A DNA stretch of 64,000 nt. Origin: Candidatus Latescibacterota bacterium (GTDB lineage: Bacteria; Latescibacterota; UBA2968; UBA8231). Within the stretch, counting starts at the first letter, position 1, and every line of letters starts with the position of its first letter. The DNA is taken from positions 1,504,001 to 1,568,000 of the forward strand of contig CBDETK010000013.1 in NCBI GenBank assembly GCA_965242865.1, given 5' to 3'. The translations under genes were made by a program, and so were the position numbers. Shown piece after piece: positions 57,940 to 64,000 of the stretch. The notes below the pieces were generated by a model. That model saw only the letters and a list, made by a program, of their open reading frames with translations. It was not told the DNA's origin and made no database searches.

Positions 57940-59163
57940 GTGGAGAATGCACACGTGATAAGTTCCCAGCACACCAAGGAATTGTGCATCCGCGATAGCG
58001 ACGCCAAAATCGTCCTGTTGGTCATCGATGGCTTGGGCGGGTTGCCCCATCCAGCCACGGGCAAATCCGAGCTGGAGACGGCCCGGTTGCCCCACTTAGA
58101 CGCGCTGGCCCAAGGGGGGCTCTGCGGCCTAATCTCGCCGTTAGGGGCCGGCTTTACCCCGGGCAGCGGCCCGGCCCACTTGGCCCTCTTTGGCTACGAT
58201 CCTTGGCAAAGCCAAATCGGTCGCGGCGCCCTTTCGGCCCTCGGCTTGGGGTTGGATTTCGCGCCCGGCGACATCGCGGTGCGCCTCAACTTTTGTACGG
58301 TGGATGCGGCCGGTCGAGTGAGCGACCGCCGCGCCGGCCGCATCCCAACGGAAAAAGGCCGCCAGCTCTGCGAAGTGCTGAGCGCGATCGCGGTGCCCGG
58401 GGTGGAGGTGCAGGTCGTGGCCGAGATGGAGTACCGCGCCGGCGTGGTGTTTCGCGGCGCGGGCTTGGGCGACCAAGTCTCGGATTCGGACCCACAGGTG
58501 CCCGGGGTGCGGCCCAAGCCCCTGACGGCCCTCGCGCCGGGATCGGAACGCACCGTTGAAGTGGCTGCTGCCTTTTTAGCCCAAGCCGCTGCCCTGCTCG
58601 CGGACGAGCACCCGGCCAACATGGTGTTGCTGCGGGGATTTGGCCGCTACCCAGATCTGACGTCGATGGACGAGGCGTACGGGCTGAAAGCGCTGGGCAT
58701 TGCCGGGTATCCCATGTACCGCGGCGTGGCCGGGGCCGTGGGCATGGAGGTCGCAGAGGTCGGCTCGGACCTCGCGTCCGAGTTCGCCTTGCTCGAAAGC
58801 CGCTACGCAGACTACGACTTTTTTTACGTCCACGTAAAAAAGACCGACAGTGCCGGCGAGGACGGCGATTTCGACCGGAAGGTGCGGGTGTTAGAGGAGG
58901 TCGATACTTACATTCCGCGGTTGCTCGCGCTGCAACCCGAAGTGCTCATCGTCACGGGCGATCACTCGACCCCTTCGGTTATGCGGAGCCACAGTTGGCA
59001 CCCCGTGCCCACGGTCCTAGCGAGCCGCTGGGCGTTGGCCGACGCAGCCGCTGAATTTTCCGAGCGCGGGTGCCGCGCCGGCAGCCTCGGAATCGCGCCG
59101 GCGACCGGCTTGATGGCCCTGGCGTTGGCCCATGCGCGTCGCCTCGACAAATTCGGTGCTTGA
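57940..59163 (+). CDS. apgM: 2,3-bisphosphoglycerate-independent phosphoglycerate mutase (ApgM type)
   Basis: IDGLGG, PGS.PAHL.LFGYDP, DRRAGR, H.K.TD..GEDG, TGDHSTP, HS.HPVP. Confidence 0.88.
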   Translation: MENAHVISSQHTKELCIRDSDAKIVLLVIDGLGGLPHPATGKSELETARLPHLDALAQGGLCGLISPLGAGFTPGSGPAHLALFGYDPWQSQIGRGALSALGLGLDFAPGDIAVRLNFCTVDAAGRVSDRRAGRIPTEKGRQLCEVLSAIAVPGVEVQVVAEMEYRAGVVFRGAGLGDQVSDSDPQVPGVRPKPLTALAPGSERTVEVAAAFLAQAAALLADEHPANMVLLRGFGRYPDLTSMDEAYGLKALGIAGYPMYRGVAGAVGMEVAEVGSDLASEFALLESRYADYDFFYVHVKKTDSAGEDGDFDRKVRVLEEVDTYIPRLLALQPEVLIVTGDHSTPSVMRSHSWHPVPTVLASRWALADAAAEFSERGCRAGSLGIAPATGLMALALAHARRLDKFGA

Positions 59164-59164
59164 G

Positions 59165-60007
59165 ATGATCACCCCTCTGCGCATTGCCCATCGCGGCGCG
59201 TCCGGTGCGGGACTGGCCCCGGAAAACACGCTGGCCGCTTGCGAAAAGGCCCTCCAAATCGGCGTCGATATCCTCGAAATTGACGTGCACACCACCCGCG
59301 ATGGCCAGCTCGTAGTCCTGCACGACGCCGTGCTCGACCGGACGACCAATGGCACCGGGTTGGTGGCCGACCTCTTGGGCGAGCAAGTGCGCCAGCTCGA
59401 CGCGGGCCGCTGGTTCAGCCCTGATTTTGCCGGCGAGCGCGTGCCCCTGCTCGAAGACGTGCTCGACTTAGCGCGGAATCAAGCACTCGTGCTGATCGAG
59501 ATCAAAGCCGACGGCATTGCCGAGCGCGTCCTGCAGGTGATTGAGGCCATGAATGCGGCCGAGCGCGTGGTGGTGCAGGCGTTCAATCCGCAAACGGTCC
59601 AGCGGCTCAATTTGCTCGCGCCGACCCTGCCCACCGCGCTGTTGGTCGGCCAGTTGCCGACGACGCCCTCGCGGGTGCGGGCGCGTCGCCTCGTGCGCCA
59701 AGTGCTGCAAGTGGGGGCCAACGCGCTGGCAATGTGGTACGCGGTGCTGACCCCGCCCTTCCTCGAAGAGACCCGCAAGCGGGGCATTGCGGTGTGGGCT
59801 TGGACCGTGGACGAGGACATTGCAATGCGCGACTTGGCGACGATGGGGGTGCAGGGCATCATCACCAATCAGCCGGACCGACTCAATCGAGTGCTCAACG
59901 AGCTGGTGGCCGCCGGGCCGCTGCGGCCGCCCTTGGGCCAGAAGCGCAGCCGCTGGGGCCGCCGCCGCCAATTGCGCAAGCTCCAAGCCGCCAAAAAGGG
60001 TCGCTAA
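59165..60007 (+). CDS. Glycerophosphodiester phosphodiesterase (second paralogue)
   Basis: IAHRGAS...PENT, EIDV, HD..LDRTTNG, IEIK, WTVD, ITNQPD. Confidence 0.9.
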   Translation: MITPLRIAHRGASGAGLAPENTLAACEKALQIGVDILEIDVHTTRDGQLVVLHDAVLDRTTNGTGLVADLLGEQVRQLDAGRWFSPDFAGERVPLLEDVLDLARNQALVLIEIKADGIAERVLQVIEAMNAAERVVVQAFNPQTVQRLNLLAPTLPTALLVGQLPTTPSRVRARRLVRQVLQVGANALAMWYAVLTPPFLEETRKRGIAVWAWTVDEDIAMRDLATMGVQGIITNQPDRLNRVLNELVAAGPLRPPLGQKRSRWGRRRQLRKLQAAKKGR

Positions 60008-60009
60008 AG

Positions 60010-60216
60010 ATGTTCTACACCTTGTTCGCCGTCTTGCTGCTGGTCGTCGTGGTGCTCAAATTCTGGTCGCCCTTTGGCCCGCGGTGCCCCCAGTGCCACG
60101 CCCGCCGCGAGGATGCCGAATACCCCTTGTGTCCAAATTGCGGGTGGATCTATGAAGTGCCCGGGGAAGAAGACGAGGATTTCGCGCCGGGCGAAGCAGA
60201 AAATGCGAAGTTTTGA
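60010..60216 (+). CDS. Small membrane-anchored zinc-ribbon protein
   Basis: ATG 2 bp after the upstream stop. TM segment, CPQC...CPNCG, acidic tail. Confidence 0.6.
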   Translation: MFYTLFAVLLLVVVVLKFWSPFGPRCPQCHARREDAEYPLCPNCGWIYEVPGEEDEDFAPGEAENAKF

Positions 60217-60252
60217 AGGGGCGCAGCCGCGCTGTCGCGCCCCGATTTGCGC

Positions 60253-60282
60253 TTGACAATTTCCCGTCCTTCCCTTTAGATT
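60253..60282 (+). promoter_or_regulatory. Candidate sigma70 promoter
   Basis: TTGACA-N18-TAGATT upstream of the lipoprotein gene. Confidence 0.5.
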
Positions 60283-60330
60283 GTCTCTGATATAGAGAGC
60301 ACAAAACGTTCAAACTCAGGAAGGTGGACC

Positions 60331-60954
60331 ATGAAAATCCGGGCAATATCGCTGTTTGTCGCGGTCGCGGTTTTGGCGGGCTGTGACGCCCCCCCCACCG
60401 CCGAGCTGCAAGCGGCCAAGCAAGCCCTCGACGCGGCCCGAGATGTCGGCGCGGAGCGCTTTGCTGCCAACGAGTACTCGGCCGCCCAGCGCGCGTACAG
60501 CGAAGCCGAGGCAACGACCAACACCGAAGCCGAGCGCTTTTTCCTCTTAAAGGACTTTGAGCAGGCGCGGACGCAAATCGCCGATGCCAAGAGCAAGGCC
60601 ATGCAGGCCGAGTCGTCGGCCGAAGCCGAAAAGAAGCGCCAGCGGGAGTCGGCCCAAGCTGCGATTGCCGCTGCCCGCGACGCGGTCGCGGCCGCCTATA
60701 CCAGCCTAGAGGACGCGCCGGCGGGCAAGGGCACCGAGGCCGATATTGAGGCATTGCGCGCCGAGTTGAGCACGGCCGAAGCCGATATAGAAGCGGCCGA
60801 AGCCGCGCTAGACAGCGAGGAGTTCTCCGATACCGAGGCCCTCGCCGGCAGCGCGGATCAGCAGGCTACCGAAATCGCCGATGGCGTGATGGTGGCCGTG
60901 CAAAAATACCACGATCTGGTCGAGAAGATGCGCCCTTGGTACGAGCGCATCTAA
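60331..60954 (+). CDS. Alanine-rich helical lipoprotein, DUF4398-like
   Basis: Lipobox LAGC. PP..EL.AA..AL.AA...GA..FA..EY motif. Confidence 0.75.
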   Translation: MKIRAISLFVAVAVLAGCDAPPTAELQAAKQALDAARDVGAERFAANEYSAAQRAYSEAEATTNTEAERFFLLKDFEQARTQIADAKSKAMQAESSAEAEKKRQRESAQAAIAAARDAVAAAYTSLEDAPAGKGTEADIEALRAELSTAEADIEAAEAALDSEEFSDTEALAGSADQQATEIADGVMVAVQKYHDLVEKMRPWYERI

Positions 60955-61556
60955 GCGCGCCCTTGCAAGCTCTAACCACAGGCGGCCGGGAGTTGCTCCC
61001 GGCCGCTTTGTTTTTTTTTACCCTGTGGTGGGGCCCGCCCGCCGCCGGTGCGTCTGCGCTCTGGTTGGAGCACCAGCAACTGGTGCAAGCCCTTGAGCGC
61101 CACGATCTAGCTACCCCCTACATCGTCATCAATACCCAAGACAATCTGCTCCTGCTCCGCGACGGGGAGCAGGTGTTGCGCCAAGCCGCTTGTGCAACGG
61201 GCAGTGGCCGCAAGCTCGAAGGGGCTAAGCGGTGGCATCGCTGGACGTTTGACACCCCCAAGGGCCGCTTTGCCATCCGCCGCAAAGTCGCCGATCCCCT
61301 GTGGACTCGGCCAACTTGGTTCTTCGTGGAAAACGACGAGGAAATCCCCATTTTCGCCGAGGACCCGCGGCGGTTCCAGCGCGGGGTCTTGGGCGCGTAC
61401 GCCCTGTACTTTCTCAAGGATTTTATGATCCATGGCACACTCTTTGAAATCAACTTGGGCAAGAGCATCACCCACGGCTGCGTGCGGATGGGCCACGAGG
61501 AGCTGGAATATCTGTACGAAGCGGTCGAAATCGGCTGGCCGGTCTTTATCTACTAG
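60936..61556 (+). CDS. L,D-transpeptidase (YkuD family)
   Basis: ATG, TPKG.F.I..K..DP.W, IHGT, THGCVRM. Confidence 0.88.
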   Translation: MVRAHLSAPLQALTTGGRELLPAALFFFTLWWGPPAAGASALWLEHQQLVQALERHDLATPYIVINTQDNLLLLRDGEQVLRQAACATGSGRKLEGAKRWHRWTFDTPKGRFAIRRKVADPLWTRPTWFFVENDEEIPIFAEDPRRFQRGVLGAYALYFLKDFMIHGTLFEINLGKSITHGCVRMGHEELEYLYEAVEIGWPVFIY

Positions 61557-61798
61557 TAACGTGAGTTCGGGTTAAGGTGTTTGAGAAACGTCATAAATAA
61601 CGCCGCGTTTGAAAGAGCTAGCCTCCTGCGGGTCAGCCCTTCGGTTAGAGAAGACGAGATCAATACTTGGCTCTCCCAACATCTTTCACTCGGTATTTTC
61701 GCTCGTCGTAAATCGATTGCTTCGCTCGCGCTTCGCCAGACGCAAAAATACCGATCTTGCCTTCATTCTTTTCTTTTAACGTCCTCATTGCCCCTCTC

Positions 61799-62608
61799 TC
61801 AATCCCAAGGCTCCACCCCCGCCAGCTTTCGCCCTACCCTCGTCAACTCAGCTGTCTTCTCTTCGCGGTGCTCGCGCTCTTCGGCGTAGCGCCCCAGCCC
61901 GGACAGCCGCCGCTGCCAAAAGTCCGTGCGCAATTGCCGCGCCTGTTCGTCTTGGCTGGCTGGATTCATGGTGATGTATTGCGCCACGCGCGGCTCGTCG
62001 CCGCGATTGACGCTCGCCGTGTGCGGCAGGGCGGTGCGCCAGATGACCAAGTCGCCCGCTTCAGCCCCGATGCGCCGCGTTCCCAAGGCCAGCAGGTCTT
62101 GCTCGCGGGGGTTGGCACCCGCCGGCAACTCGTCGAGCCACGCCTCTAAGCGCTGGTGGAACTTCGGCACGCAGACAAAGGCCCCCTGCTCGGCCGGCGT
62201 GTCGTTCAGATAGAGCACGCCCTGGACGCCAAAAGGCAACGGACGCTTATCCAAGGCCGCGTCCCAGTGCAGATTGTGCTCAGGCGTCTCTTTGTCTAAG
62301 GCCGGTGGACTGATGCTGGCCCGGTCGTGGCTGACCCACAGCTTTTTTGTGCCCCAAATCTGGCTAAAGGCCCGGTGGACCCGAGGGGCCGTGCGGTTGT
62401 CCCACATAGTCTGGTGGTGGTACATCTCGACCATGATGCCGCGCCGGTCCTCTGGATACCAAGTCCCGGGATCGCCCGGGTCCATGCCCGCAAACGCCCA
62501 CACCGCTCGCGCCGTGCGCTCGGCTTGGTCGCGGTCGATTACCTGACGCGCAACGACGTACCCCTGTTCGGCAAAAAAATCCAAGTCTTCTCTGCTCAAG
62601 ACATCCAT
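61799..62608 (-). CDS. PhyH-family Fe(II)/2-oxoglutarate dioxygenase (second)
   Basis: FFAEQGY, LHWD, QGVLYL.DT...G.F..VP.FH, GDLVIW...LPH...N....R. Confidence 0.88.
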   Translation of the reverse strand: MDVLSREDLDFFAEQGYVVARQVIDRDQAERTARAVWAFAGMDPGDPGTWYPEDRRGIMVEMYHHQTMWDNRTAPRVHRAFSQIWGTKKLWVSHDRASISPPALDKETPEHNLHWDAALDKRPLPFGVQGVLYLNDTPAEQGAFVCVPKFHQRLEAWLDELPAGANPREQDLLALGTRRIGAEAGDLVIWRTALPHTASVNRGDEPRVAQYITMNPASQDEQARQLRTDFWQRRLSGLGRYAEEREHREEKTAELTRVGRKLAGVEPWD

Positions 62609-62623
62609 GGCATGTACTCCTTG

Positions 62624-63646
62624 TTATAGCAGGTTTTGTGCGATGAGCTCCTCGGCGATTTGCACGGCGTTTAGGGCCGCGCCCTTGCGCAACTGATCGC
62701 CGCTGACCCACAAGTCTAGCCCGGTTCCGTCGGGCCGCGAAATATCTTGGCGAATGCGCCCGACCAGCACCTCGTCGCAGCCGGAGGCCTCAATCGGCAT
62801 GGGGAAATGGTTTTGCGCGGGATCATTCACGAGCCGCACGCCCGCTGCCTGCGCCAAAATGGCCTCGGCCTCAGCGGCCGGAAAGGGCGCGGCAAACTCC
62901 AGGTTGATCGCCTCGGAATGCGCCCGCAGCACTGGCACGCGAATGGTCGTGGCCGAGATCGGCAGCGCGTCGTCGTGGAACATCTTGCGGGTCTCGCGCA
63001 CCATTTTCAGTTCCTCTTCGCAATACCCTTCCGGCCCGACCGCTGAATCGTGCGAAAACAAGTTAAAGGCGATGGGGTGCGGGAATTCCGCTGGCTCGGC
63101 CTCCTGCCCGGCGAGCACCTGCTGAGTCTGGGTCTCCAGCTCCTGCATGGCCCGCGCCCCCGCGCCGCTGACGGCCTGATAGGTCGAGACCACGATGCGC
63201 TCGACCCGCCGCCGCCGATAGAGCGGCCAGACCACCACGTCCATGATGATCGTCGAACAATTCGGATTGGCGATAATGCCGCGATGCGCGGCCAAGTCTT
63301 CGGGGTTGATCTCGGGCACCACCAGCGGCACGGCTGGGTCCATGCGATAGGCCGAGGTGTTATCGACGACCACCGCGCCGGCGGCCACCGCGTGCGGGTT
63401 AAACCGCTTGCTCAACCCCCCCCCGGCCGAGGCCAAGACGAGGTCCACGCCGCCAAAGGAATCCGCCCCGAGTTCCTGCACCGCAAGCGAGCGGCCCTTA
63501 AAGGAAAGGGCGCGTCCGGCCGAGCGGGCCGAGGCCAACAGCCGCAGCTCGCCAACGGGAAAGTCGCGCTCGGCGAGGATTTCTAACAGCACCTGCCCTA
63601 CGGCCCCGGTCGCGCCCATAATCGCTACGTTGTACGCGTGGGTCAC
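62624..63646 (-). CDS. asd: Aspartate-semialdehyde dehydrogenase
   Basis: GATGAVG, DNTSAYRM, VPLVVPEIN, NPNCST, TYQAVSGAG, DQLRKGAALNAVQ. Confidence 0.95.
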   Translation of the reverse strand: MTHAYNVAIMGATGAVGQVLLEILAERDFPVGELRLLASARSAGRALSFKGRSLAVQELGADSFGGVDLVLASAGGGLSKRFNPHAVAAGAVVVDNTSAYRMDPAVPLVVPEINPEDLAAHRGIIANPNCSTIIMDVVVWPLYRRRRVERIVVSTYQAVSGAGARAMQELETQTQQVLAGQEAEPAEFPHPIAFNLFSHDSAVGPEGYCEEELKMVRETRKMFHDDALPISATTIRVPVLRAHSEAINLEFAAPFPAAEAEAILAQAAGVRLVNDPAQNHFPMPIEASGCDEVLVGRIRQDISRPDGTGLDLWVSGDQLRKGAALNAVQIAEELIAQNLL

Positions 63647-64000
63647 CTGCGTCCCCCCGTGAGATAATCCATCAGGACGTGTCCGTGCTCCACCTGCATA
63701 CTCCCCTGCTCAGCCGCCCGCTCTCCATAAGCGCAGAGCGAGTCGGCCGCAATCCCGGTTCCCCACAGCACAAAGGGCACGGGCTCGCGGCTGTGGGTGC
63801 GCCGCGCAATGGGGGTGCGGTGGTCTGGGGTGAGCAGCACCCGATGCGGCCCCAGCCGCGCAAGCCCGGCCAAGATCGGCCCGACGACGCGGGCGTCGAA
63901 ATCCTCGATCGCCTGCACCTTGGCCTGCGGGTCGCCGTTGTGCCCGGCTTCGTCCGGGGCCTCGACGTGGACATAGACAAAATCAGCGCGCTGCAAGGTG
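63643..64000 (-). CDS. ApgM-like cofactor-independent mutase family protein, 3' part only
   Basis: HVEAPDEAGH.GD, PDH.TP...TH..EPVPF. The stop overlaps the asd start, and the 5' end lies outside the window. Confidence 0.8.
   Translation of the reverse strand, partial: TLQRADFVYVHVEAPDEAGHNGDPQAKVQAIEDFDARVVGPILAGLARLGPHRVLLTPDHRTPIARRTHSREPVPFVLWGTGIAADSLCAYGERAAEQGSMQVEHGHVLMDYLTGGRR

Overview
A GC-rich bacterial chromosome segment. PNPFN/FlgD-type C-terminal domains, TSWGxLK tails, two PhyH genes and a PD40 protein suggest an FCB-group organism such as Latescibacterota or Gemmatimonadota, possibly sponge-associated (inference only). The first ~18 kb is defence-rich: a partial SIR2-like gene behind a single-chain restriction-modification enzyme carrying in-frame palindromic repeats, an IS5 remnant fused to a broken PD-(D/E)XK nuclease, a 1542-aa M28-fold/FtsX membrane fusion, an AT-rich ABC-ATPase plus TOPRIM pair, and a Schlafen-HATPase/radC/type III mod/res operon. 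Metabolic genes follow (manA, SDR, acs, glycogen debranching). Next come an AT-rich trypsin-like protease plus TIR cassette (the best candidate for an undescribed immune system) and a cobalamin-riboswitch-controlled B12 uptake operon that includes a secreted beta-propeller. The rest holds two paralogous secreted TSWG-tail proteins, an XRE-ImmA plus PIN module, tesA/ybbPA, a probably defused AbiE-like pair and housekeeping genes (rplS, trmD, rimM, rpsP, ffh, rpe, PASTA, rsmB, recJ, apgM, L,D-transpeptidase, asd). No rRNA, tRNA or CRISPR array was seen. All family calls come from motif recognition, not database searches.
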